A stretch of 64,000 bases of DNA, from the NCBI GenBank assembly GCA_019244185.1, contig JAFATB010000006.1, positions 1 to 64,000 on the forward strand. The letters are read 5' to 3'. The first letter of the stretch is position 1; the number at the start of each line of letters is the position of its first letter. A program made the position numbers and the translations under genes. Below are positions 54,965 to 64,000 of the stretch, piece by piece. The notes under the pieces are model-generated. The model ran no database searches, was not told where the DNA came from, and saw only the letters and a program-made list of their open reading frames with translations. Source of the DNA: Acidobacteriota bacterium. Lineage in GTDB: Bacteria; Acidobacteriota; Thermoanaerobaculia; Gp7-AA8.

Positions 54965-57583
54965 TTAGATCGGTAGCCAGTACGAGAACTTCACCAGGAA
55001 GACATCCTGCGACGGCGCGCCGGGGAGCGCGGAGAGATCGCGGCGGAAGCGGAAGTCGCCGAACGGCACGACGTCGGAACGGTTCTCGTTCCAGACGACG
55101 AAGAGCGCGGAGCCGGGGCGGAACTCCCACCGCACGACGGCGCTCCCGCGCACGCTGCGGAAATTGAAATCGGGATCGCCGAAATCGTACGTCTGCGATG
55201 CGAAGCGCGCGGTGTACGTCGCGTCCGCGGCGTCGTGCAGCGTGTCGACGGGCGAGTAGCGCAGCTCGCGCGCCTCGTCGAGTTGTTTAAAGGAGTGATA
55301 GTCGCCGCTGGCGATGAACGGCTGCACGTACAGCTGCATCGACAGGCGCGCGGTGGCCGTCCAATCGGCGCGGATGCCGACGTCGAGCGTGCGCTGGTCG
55401 AGCGTCGCGAAGAGATACCGGTTGCCGAACGTCGGCGTGTACGACGCGTCGGGAACCGTGGCGACGTACTGCGCGGCATCGCGGCTGCGGTTGAAACCCG
55501 GATCGATGCGCAGGCGCAGCGACGGCGCGGGGCGGTATTGCAGGATGAGGCTCGTGCGGCGGAAGTAGCCGCCGAGTTCATCTTCCGAATCCTCGATGTA
55601 CGGCTCGACCCAGAACTTCTTGCGCGAGTCGTTGCCGGCGCCGACGTAGACGTCGAACTGCTTCGGCCGCACCGCCGCGGGACCGCCGCGGGTGAGCTGC
55701 GCGTCGATGGCGCGCCAGTCGTAGCCGCCGCCGCCATACACGTACCAGTAATTCTTGTGTTCGACGTACCAGTTTCCGTAGAAGCCGTTCGCCGTGTTGT
55801 CGCTGTCGAAGTTCCAGTTCTGGTATTTGCCGATCCACCAGCTCCGCTCGCGCGTGTACTTGCCGACGTCGGTGTTCGTGTACTGCATCACCGCGTGCGT
55901 GGCGATCGTGTCGGTGCGCGGCAGGTAGCCGACGTCGTTGAGCTCGAAGCCGGGCGAGAGCGCCATCACCTGCAGGTTCGGGCGCCAGTGGCCGGTCTGC
56001 TTGCCGATCATCGCGCGTCCGCCGAATCCGGCGAGCGAGGTGCGGTTCGGATCGAGCTCGACGTGACTCGCATCGGGGCGCTGGTAGTAGCGCGCGGGAC
56101 TCTCCTGCGCCAGCGTGATCGCTTCCTTCGAGCCTTCGATGAGCGTCGTGCCGGTGAGCCATTCGAAGAGCCACGACTTGTTCGCGAAGCGCGTGTAGCC
56201 GTCGACGCCGCCGAAGTACGCGTTCGAGCGCAGCGTCGGCTCGAGGTTGTCGGTGAGCCTGCGGTTGACGGACGTGAAGAGGAAGCCGGCACGCGAGTCG
56301 CGGCCGTACTCGCGCGTGGCGCGCGCGACGAGGTAGTTCGTCATCGGCTCGACGGTCGCCTTGCCGATCTGCGCGCCGGTGCGGAACCACGCCTGTTCGC
56401 GGTCGGTGAGCGCCTCGATCGCGCCGACGGTCCAGCCTTTGCCGAGCTTGCCGGTGACCTTCGCGGCGCCGAGGATCGTGGTTTCGCCGGGAGCGTCCGT
56501 CCAGTCGGCGGCGATCGAGCCTTGCGGCGCACGGCCGATGCGGCGCGAGTAGAAGAACGTCGGGAAGTACGTGTTGAAGCCCCAGCGGCTGTTCGCCGGA
56601 CCTTCGCCGAAGTTGAAGATGTTCCCGCCCTCGGTGAAGAACGGCCGCTTCTCCGGGAAGAACGTCTCGAACTGGCTGAGGTTGAGCACCGCGGGATCGA
56701 CCTCGACCTGGCCGAAGTCGGGATTGATCGTGCCCGTGAGCGTGAGGCTGGACGAGAGGCCGTACTTCACGTCGACGCCCGCGTCCATCCGCTGCGAGCT
56801 CGGCGTCACGAACGGATTGTCGTTGCGGCTGGCGAGGTCTTCGCGCGCGACGCCGTACGGCACGACCTCGAACGCGCGCCGCGGCTTAATCCCTTCGATG
56901 CCGGTGAGATCGGCGAAGCGCGAGACGTAGCCGTTGTCGGTTTTCTTCGAGAACACGAGGCGCGAGCCCTCGTGCAGGCGCGCGTTCCAGCGGCCGATGT
57001 TGAAGCCCCAGACGTACGACGGCTGCTCGGGAAAGCGGAGCTGCGAGTACGGGATGCGGATCTCCGCGGTCCACCCTTTCGCGCTCGTCTTCGTCGCCGA
57101 CTCCCACACCGCGTCCCAGCTCGTGTCGTCGTAGATGTCGTTGTACAGGATCATGTCCGCCTGCACGTTCGACGGATTGATCATGAACTTCGCGCCGCTC
57201 AGGCGGTCGTGCTGCGAGTCGATGCCGATGGTGAGGTAGTCGGCGGATTCGAGATCGCTGTCGCGGCGCGCGAGCAGCGGCGTCGGCGGCGCGTCGTCTT
57301 CCATCACCGCGCCGAAGTAGATCGCGTCGTCGTCGTAGACGACCTTCACGCGCGTCTGCCGCGTGGCCGGCTCGCCCTCGTGCGGATCGCGCTGCGTGAA
57401 GCCGGTGATCTCCGGCGCGTTCTGCCACGCGGGATCGGAGAGATCGCCGTCGAGCACCGGCGCCTTCTCCGCGCGCACGGCGCGATACGACGGCCGCGGC
57501 TTCGGCGCGTCCTCCGCGAAAACATTCAGCGCGAGAACCGTGTTGCAGAGTACGAGGCAGAGAACGCGGAGCGATGGTCTCAT
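54965..57583 (-). CDS. CBM9-like + DUF5916 outer-membrane protein
   Basis: LDGDL.D..W, W.AEIRIP.SQL, NPDFGQVE.D and EKRPFF.EG motifs; ends VKFSYWLPI; signal peptide. Confidence 0.88.
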   Translation of the reverse strand: MRPSLRVLCLVLCNTVLALNVFAEDAPKPRPSYRAVRAEKAPVLDGDLSDPAWQNAPEITGFTQRDPHEGEPATRQTRVKVVYDDDAIYFGAVMEDDAPPTPLLARRDSDLESADYLTIGIDSQHDRLSGAKFMINPSNVQADMILYNDIYDDTSWDAVWESATKTSAKGWTAEIRIPYSQLRFPEQPSYVWGFNIGRWNARLHEGSRLVFSKKTDNGYVSRFADLTGIEGIKPRRAFEVVPYGVAREDLASRNDNPFVTPSSQRMDAGVDVKYGLSSSLTLTGTINPDFGQVEVDPAVLNLSQFETFFPEKRPFFTEGGNIFNFGEGPANSRWGFNTYFPTFFYSRRIGRAPQGSIAADWTDAPGETTILGAAKVTGKLGKGWTVGAIEALTDREQAWFRTGAQIGKATVEPMTNYLVARATREYGRDSRAGFLFTSVNRRLTDNLEPTLRSNAYFGGVDGYTRFANKSWLFEWLTGTTLIEGSKEAITLAQESPARYYQRPDASHVELDPNRTSLAGFGGRAMIGKQTGHWRPNLQVMALSPGFELNDVGYLPRTDTIATHAVMQYTNTDVGKYTRERSWWIGKYQNWNFDSDNTANGFYGNWYVEHKNYWYVYGGGGYDWRAIDAQLTRGGPAAVRPKQFDVYVGAGNDSRKKFWVEPYIEDSEDELGGYFRRTSLILQYRPAPSLRLRIDPGFNRSRDAAQYVATVPDASYTPTFGNRYLFATLDQRTLDVGIRADWTATARLSMQLYVQPFIASGDYHSFKQLDEARELRYSPVDTLHDAADATYTARFASQTYDFGDPDFNFRSVRGSAVVRWEFRPGSALFVVWNENRSDVVPFGDFRFRRDLSALPGAPSQDVFLVKFSYWLPI

Positions 57584-57657
57584 CGGTTCCTCACGGGCAA
57601 AGGTGATACGTTTCTCCAAGAGACGCCTGGGATGCGAAAAGGTTTGGCAAGCGGCGC

Positions 57658-59313
<1,656 letters not shown>

Positions 59314-59334
59314 GGTAGTCTCTCGCGCCGACGC

Positions 59335-59613
59335 ATGCGACGCCGATCCGCCGCCCTCGTTCTCCTGTTCGCTCTCCTCGCCTGTGGCGCCGAACGCGTC
59401 GACCGCGCGCGCTGGCAGCGCATGTCGCACGACGACCGCGTGCTCTGCGTGAAGTCGCTGATCGGCGCGGAGAAAGTGAAGAACGCGAAAGGCGGCGGCG
59501 GGCGCGTCTACGATCGGCCCGCCGACGAGTACGTGGCGAGGATCGATGCCGCGTACGCGAACGGCGATCGGCGCGACGTCGCGCAAGTCTTCACGGAGGT
59601 CGCATCGCGATGA
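59335..59613 (+). CDS. Small hypothetical lipoprotein
   Basis: LLAC lipobox; ATGA overlap with the next gene. Confidence 0.65.
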   Translation: MRRRSAALVLLFALLACGAERVDRARWQRMSHDDRVLCVKSLIGAEKVKNAKGGGGRVYDRPADEYVARIDAAYANGDRRDVAQVFTEVASR

Positions 59614-60338
59614 AACCGGTGGCACCGCATCCGCCGCTCACGAAGTACTACGGCGATCCGACGGAGCGCGAGCATTACGTGCGCGACATCTTCGATGAGA
59701 CCGCGCCGTGGTACGACTGGGCCACGCGCTTCATGTCGTTCGGCTCGGGACATTGGTACCGCCGCGAGGCGCTCAGGCGCATCGGACTTGCGCCGGGGAT
59801 GAAGCTGCTCGATCTCGCCAGCGGCACCGGCGTCGTCGCGCGCGCGGCCGCGGAAGTCCTCGGCGATCCGCGCGCGATCGTCGAGATGGACGCGAGTCTC
59901 GGCATGCTGCGCTCCGCGAAAACGTCGAGCGTGAAAGTCGAGTCGGCGGCCGAGCGCATCGCCGCGCGCGACGAATCGTTCGACCGCCTGACCATCGGCT
60001 TCGCGCTGCGCCACTTCGCCGATCTCGCCGCCGTCTTCGGCGAATGCCGGCGCGTGCTGCGTCCGGGCGGGCGTCTGCTGATCCTCGAGATCACCGCGCC
60101 CGAAGGCCGAGCATCGCGCGCGATGCTCGGCGTGTACATGGGCGCGATCGTGCCGAACGCGATCCGGCTCCGCACGCGCAGCCGCCGCGCGGCGGAGCTC
60201 TTCCGCTACTACTGGGAAACGACGCGCGACTGCGTGCGCCCCGAAGTCATCCTCGACGCGCTGCGCGAGGCGGGCTTCCGCGACGTGCAGCGCCGCGTCG
60301 AGATGAAGATCTTCAGCGAGTACTCGGCGACGCGGTGA
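59610..60338 (+). CDS. UbiE/MenG-like class I SAM methyltransferase
   Basis: IFD.TA..YD, LDLASGTG, GFALRH and RVLRPGGRL.ILE motifs. Confidence 0.85.
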   Translation: MKPVAPHPPLTKYYGDPTEREHYVRDIFDETAPWYDWATRFMSFGSGHWYRREALRRIGLAPGMKLLDLASGTGVVARAAAEVLGDPRAIVEMDASLGMLRSAKTSSVKVESAAERIAARDESFDRLTIGFALRHFADLAAVFGECRRVLRPGGRLLILEITAPEGRASRAMLGVYMGAIVPNAIRLRTRSRRAAELFRYYWETTRDCVRPEVILDALREAGFRDVQRRVEMKIFSEYSATR

Positions 60339-60621
60339 CCGCGTCCGCGACGAACATCGCGTGCGCGTCGTCGAAGCGCACGTTCGGCGCCGTCGTGAGA
60401 CCCGCGCGCTGCGTGCCGGGCGTCAGGCGGTGCTGCACGAAGTTCTGGAACTGCTCCTGCGACTGCCAGACGTCGAAGACGTGAAAGCCGTCCGCGCCGA
60501 ACCACGCCACGTGCACGAGGCCGCCGTCCGGCTGCTCGTTTTCCCAGTTCACGCTGCGCCGCACTTCCTCGTACTGCTCGCGGCTGACCTCGGGCCAATG
60601 CATCTGCATCACGATCGCCAT
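60313..60621 (-). CDS. Small hypothetical protein (dimeric alpha/beta barrel-like)
   Basis: ggagg RBS; P.G...H......GF.V.DVW.S.E.F..F pattern. Confidence 0.7.
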   Translation of the reverse strand: MAIVMQMHWPEVSREQYEEVRRSVNWENEQPDGGLVHVAWFGADGFHVFDVWQSQEQFQNFVQHRLTPGTQRAGLTTAPNVRFDDAHAMFVADAVTASPSTR

Positions 60622-60684
60622 CGGATTCTTCCTCCGAAGGCGTTCTACGGACGCCGCGCGCGAACGGATGTCCGCGCGCCAGCG

Positions 60685-61062
60685 TCATTCCGCGGCGGCG
60701 GCGGCTTCGGCGGCGCGCAGCTCTTCGAGGCGCGCGATCTGGATGCCGAGGAACTCGCGGAGCGGCTGCTCCTGCTCGGGCGCGAGCGGCAGGAACGAGA
60801 TCGCGGAGCGGAACACGTACTCGGAGCCTTTGTCGTTGCGCCGCACCTGCACGATCGAGCGCAGCACCTCGCACGGGATGTAGATGCCGCCGTAGCTGGG
60901 AAAGACGAGCGTCGCGGCGGCGCCGGCTTTCACCGGCGAGCGGTGGATGACCGCGGCGCCGCTGAGACTCAGATCGATCAGCTCTCCGTTGACGTCGGAA
61001 AGCTGCACCGGAATCGAGGCGGTGGGATACCGCTCCGCGCGGCGACGATCTTTGGCGGCCAT
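60685..61062 (-). CDS. PilZ domain protein
   Basis: DRRRAER (RxxxR) and DLSLSG (DxSxxG). Confidence 0.85.
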   Translation of the reverse strand: MAAKDRRRAERYPTASIPVQLSDVNGELIDLSLSGAAVIHRSPVKAGAAATLVFPSYGGIYIPCEVLRSIVQVRRNDKGSEYVFRSAISFLPLAPEQEQPLREFLGIQIARLEELRAAEAAAAAE

Positions 61063-61074
61063 CGACGAGCTCGA

Positions 61075-61833
61075 TTATACCGGCCGCAACTCGACGCGCT
61101 CGAGACGCCGCAGCTGCAACCGTTCCGCGGCACTCGCGTTCGCGACCGAGATCTCCACGCAGCCGGTCGAGCCGATGATGAGAAACGCTCCCGGCGCGGC
61201 GTCGCCGTAGTTCGCTTCGATGCGATCGATGCGGACGTCGCGCATGCGCAACGCGAACGGCGCGAACGGCACGCGCGCGCGTTCGAGGTCGGTGATCGCG
61301 TTGCCGAAGCGGTCGATCGCCACGATGGTGCCGCGCGCGAAGTCGCCGGCGTAGTGCGGCGGCTGATAGTCGAGCGTCACGAGACGATCGAGCGGCGGAC
61401 CGAGCTCCGCGAGCGCGGTGCCGTTCGCGAGCGCGGCCGCAACCGGCGCGAAGCGATCGCGCCCGTGAAAGGTCGTGCTGCCGCCGGGAAGAAACAGCTT
61501 CTCGTTCGTCACCGCATGCGCGCGCGTGCCGTGCCAGACGAACGTGAGCAGGCCGTTGTCGGGCGCGAGAAACGTGCGGCCGTCTTCTTCGAGCGCGACG
61601 ATCTGACGCGACGTCCCGACGCCGGGATCGACGACCGCGACGAAGATCGTGCCCGTGGGCCAGTACGGAGCGACGCTGCGCAGGAACCACGCGCCGCCGA
61701 GGATGTCGAAAGGTGGGAGGTCGTGCGCGAGATCGTGAACGGGTGCGGTGGTGCGCGACGCGAAGACGCCCTTCATCGCAGCAACGTACGGATCGCGCGT
61801 GCCGAAGTCGGTCAGCAGAGCGATGCGGCGCAT
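61075..61833 (-). CDS. SAM hydrolase / chlorinase-fluorinase (DUF62) family protein
   Basis: LLTDFG, VVDPGVG, APDNG, TFHGRD.F and IDRFGN motifs. Confidence 0.92.
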   Translation of the reverse strand: MRRIALLTDFGTRDPYVAAMKGVFASRTTAPVHDLAHDLPPFDILGGAWFLRSVAPYWPTGTIFVAVVDPGVGTSRQIVALEEDGRTFLAPDNGLLTFVWHGTRAHAVTNEKLFLPGGSTTFHGRDRFAPVAAALANGTALAELGPPLDRLVTLDYQPPHYAGDFARGTIVAIDRFGNAITDLERARVPFAPFALRMRDVRIDRIEANYGDAAPGAFLIIGSTGCVEISVANASAAERLQLRRLERVELRPV

Positions 61834-61839
61834 CGCGGC

Positions 61840-61847
61840 ACTATACT
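61840..61847. promoter_or_regulatory. Overlapping bidirectional -10 elements
   Basis: TATACT-N7-GTG (61855) on plus; TATAGT-N6-ATG (61833) on minus. Confidence 0.6.
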
Positions 61848-61854
61848 CGCCGCC

Positions 61855-62538
61855 GTGCTCGCGAACGCGTTCCCGACCGTTCCGCCGCCGGCGCAGCGGC
61901 TGCTCGTTTTCGCGCGCCTGCCGCTGCACGGAACGGTCAAAACGCGCCTCGCCGCGGAGCTCGGCCACGACCGCGCGCTCGAACTGTACGAGGCGATGCT
62001 GCGCGACCTGCTGACATCGATCGGCGCGCCAACGCGCGAGACCGAGATCGAGTGCCTCTGGCCGCCCACGCCGCACGCGAACGGCGCGCTGCTGCGCCGC
62101 GCGTTCGCGGATCACGCCGTGGCCATGCAGACCGGCGCGGACCTCGGCGTGCGGTTGTCGATGGCGTTCTCCGAGCGCTTCTTCTTTCACCGCACGCGCA
62201 AGATCATCGCCATCGGCGCGGACGATCCGACGCTGCCGCGCGCGCTCATCGATCACGCCTTCGCGCTGCTCGACTCGTGCGACTACACGCTCGGACCCGC
62301 GACCGACGGCGGCTACTACCTCATCGGCTGCCGCGCCGCGTCGTTCGATCCGCGCGTCTTCGAAGACATCGATTGGGGGACGCCGTCGGTTTACGCGACG
62401 ACGCGCGCGCGCATCGCGGAGCTGAACTGTTCCGTCGCCGTGCTGCCCGAGCGTTACGACATCGACGTCGCCGCCGATCTCGAACGCTTCGCGGGCGAAG
62501 AACACGACGGCGAGCTGGGGAGACTGCTGCGCTCATGA
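61855..62538 (+). CDS. CofC-like glycosyltransferase (TIGR04282/DUF2064 family)
   Basis: FAR.P..G.VKTRL, Q.GADLG.R, GPATDGGYYLIG and DID..DL motifs. Confidence 0.88.
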   Translation: MLANAFPTVPPPAQRLLVFARLPLHGTVKTRLAAELGHDRALELYEAMLRDLLTSIGAPTRETEIECLWPPTPHANGALLRRAFADHAVAMQTGADLGVRLSMAFSERFFFHRTRKIIAIGADDPTLPRALIDHAFALLDSCDYTLGPATDGGYYLIGCRAASFDPRVFEDIDWGTPSVYATTRARIAELNCSVAVLPERYDIDVAADLERFAGEEHDGELGRLLRS

Positions 62539-64000
62539 AGATCCTCACCGCGGACGAGATGCGCAACATCGACCGCCGCGCGACGGAACGCTTCGGCGTG
62601 CCGTCGATCGTGCTGATGGAGAACGCCGCCATCGCCGTCGTCGACGCGCTCTTCGAACATTACGCATCGGCGGAACGCGTGGCGCTCGTCTGCGGCACCG
62701 GCGCGAACGGCGGCGACGGATTCGCGGTCGCGCGGCATCTCGAGAACCGCGGCGTCGTGCCGGTGGTCGTGATCGTCGGCGACCGCACGCGCATCGCCGG
62801 CGACGCGCGGACGAACCTCGACATCTGCGAGCGCCTCGGCATCCCGATCTTCGCGATCGCGGACGAAGCGGACATCGAGACCGAGCTCGCGCACGTCGCC
62901 GACTGCGACGTCCTCGTCGACGCGCTCTTCGGCACCGGCCTCAATCGTCCGCCGGCCGGCGTGCACGCGGGCGTCATCCGCGCGCTCGCGGAGCTGCGCA
63001 TCCCGGTGCTCGCGATCGATCTGCCGAGCGGCCTCGATGCGTCGTCGCCCGCGCCGTTCGAGCCGTGCGTGCAGGCCGAGGTGACGGTCACGTTCGCGGC
63101 GCCGAAGCTCTGCCACGTCTTCGAGCCAGCCGCGCTCTACTGCGGCGAGGTGATCGTCGCCGACATCGCCATTCCGAACATCGCCGTCGACGAGGAGAAC
63201 GTCGCGCTCGCGCTCATCACGCCGCGCGATCTGCAGCCGCTCGTCGAGCCGCGCCTCGCCGCGACGCATAAGGGCACGTACGGCCACGCCGGCATCATCG
63301 CCGGCTCGCCCGGCCGCAGCGGCGCCGCCGTGCTCGCCGCGCGCGGCGCGATCCGCATTGGCGCGGGACTCGTCACGGTGATGACCGACGCGCAGACCGC
63401 GACGCTGGTGAACGCGGGTTCGATCGAGTCGATGACCGACGCGCGCGGCGACCTCGCCGCGTTCCTCGAGCGCAAGGACGCGATCCTCATCGGTCCCGGA
63501 CTCGCGGACGACGAGACCTCATACGCGGACATCCGCGCGACCGTCGCCGCCATCGAGCTGCCGCTCGTCATCGACGCGTCCGCGCTGAACGCGTTTGCAT
63601 TACGCGCGAACGAGCTCAATCCGCGTGGACTGCCGCGCGTCCTCACGCCGCATCCCGGCGAGCTCGCGCGCCTCACCGGCGGCGACACCGCGACCATCAA
63701 CGCGAACCGCATCGCATCCGCGCGCGCGGCCGCGCGCGCGACGAATTGCGTGGTCGTGCTGAAAGGACATCAGACGCTCGTCGCGGAGCCCGACGGGCAA
63801 GTGCACGCCAATCCGACCGGCAATCCCGGCATGGCCAGCGGCGGCATGGGCGACGTCCTCGGCGGCGTCATCGCGGCATTGCTCGCGCGCGGCGCCGATC
63901 CGGTCGATGCGGCGTGCGCCGGCGTGTACCTGCACGGACTCGCGGGCGATCTCGCGAAAGAGGAGATCGGCGACACCGGCCTCGCGGCTCTCGATGTCGC
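62535..64000 (+). CDS. nnr: Bifunctional NAD(P)H-hydrate epimerase/dehydratase, 3'-partial
   Basis: Translated by hand from ATG 62535: LMENAA, CGTGANGGDG, DALFGTG, IDLPSG, HKG.YG, TPHPGE and GGMGDVL motifs; runs off the window. Confidence 0.93.
   Translation, partial: MKILTADEMRNIDRRATERFGVPSIVLMENAAIAVVDALFEHYASAERVALVCGTGANGGDGFAVARHLENRGVVPVVVIVGDRTRIAGDARTNLDICERLGIPIFAIADEADIETELAHVADCDVLVDALFGTGLNRPPAGVHAGVIRALAELRIPVLAIDLPSGLDASSPAPFEPCVQAEVTVTFAAPKLCHVFEPAALYCGEVIVADIAIPNIAVDEENVALALITPRDLQPLVEPRLAATHKGTYGHAGIIAGSPGRSGAAVLAARGAIRIGAGLVTVMTDAQTATLVNAGSIESMTDARGDLAAFLERKDAILIGPGLADDETSYADIRATVAAIELPLVIDASALNAFALRANELNPRGLPRVLTPHPGELARLTGGDTATINANRIASARAAARATNCVVVLKGHQTLVAEPDGQVHANPTGNPGMASGGMGDVLGGVIAALLARGADPVDAACAGVYLHGLAGDLAKEEIGDTGLAALDV

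Noticed and set aside
61075-61833. Fluorinase/chlorinase natural-product cluster
   Set aside because: Short DUF62-type protein in housekeeping context; SAM hydrolase is more likely.

Overview
High-GC bacterial chromosomal window with no rRNA, tRNA, CRISPR array, integrase or transposase that I can recognise. Gene content and repeat style suggest Acidobacteriota (Thermoanaerobaculia-like); this is inference. About 55 real CDSs lie under many shadow ORFs. They include a LolA-like/VPS10 fusion, a Phd/zeta-like TA pair, a divergent RlmN, a TetR-controlled double tripartite efflux operon, Dcp, PilT, a BlaI/BlaR1/serine hydrolase module with a shared operator, two ABC-F ATPases, nadE and nnr. Four features stand out. 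(1) An ECF sigma factor is coupled to a zinc anti-sigma domain fused to an O6-methylguanine methyltransferase and an Ada Zn finger with no AraC HTH, followed by a PP2C phosphatase; this may be a sigma-switch alkylation response. (2) A compact NRPS-independent cluster encodes a heme-oxygenase-like diiron enzyme, an ATP-grasp ligase, an adenylating enzyme, a Ddl-like ligase and a Zn peptidase. (3) A long palindromic repeat family punctuates that cluster and supplies gene C-termini. (4) An 843-aa orphan gene has atypical composition. All family assignments come from motif recognition, not database searches.
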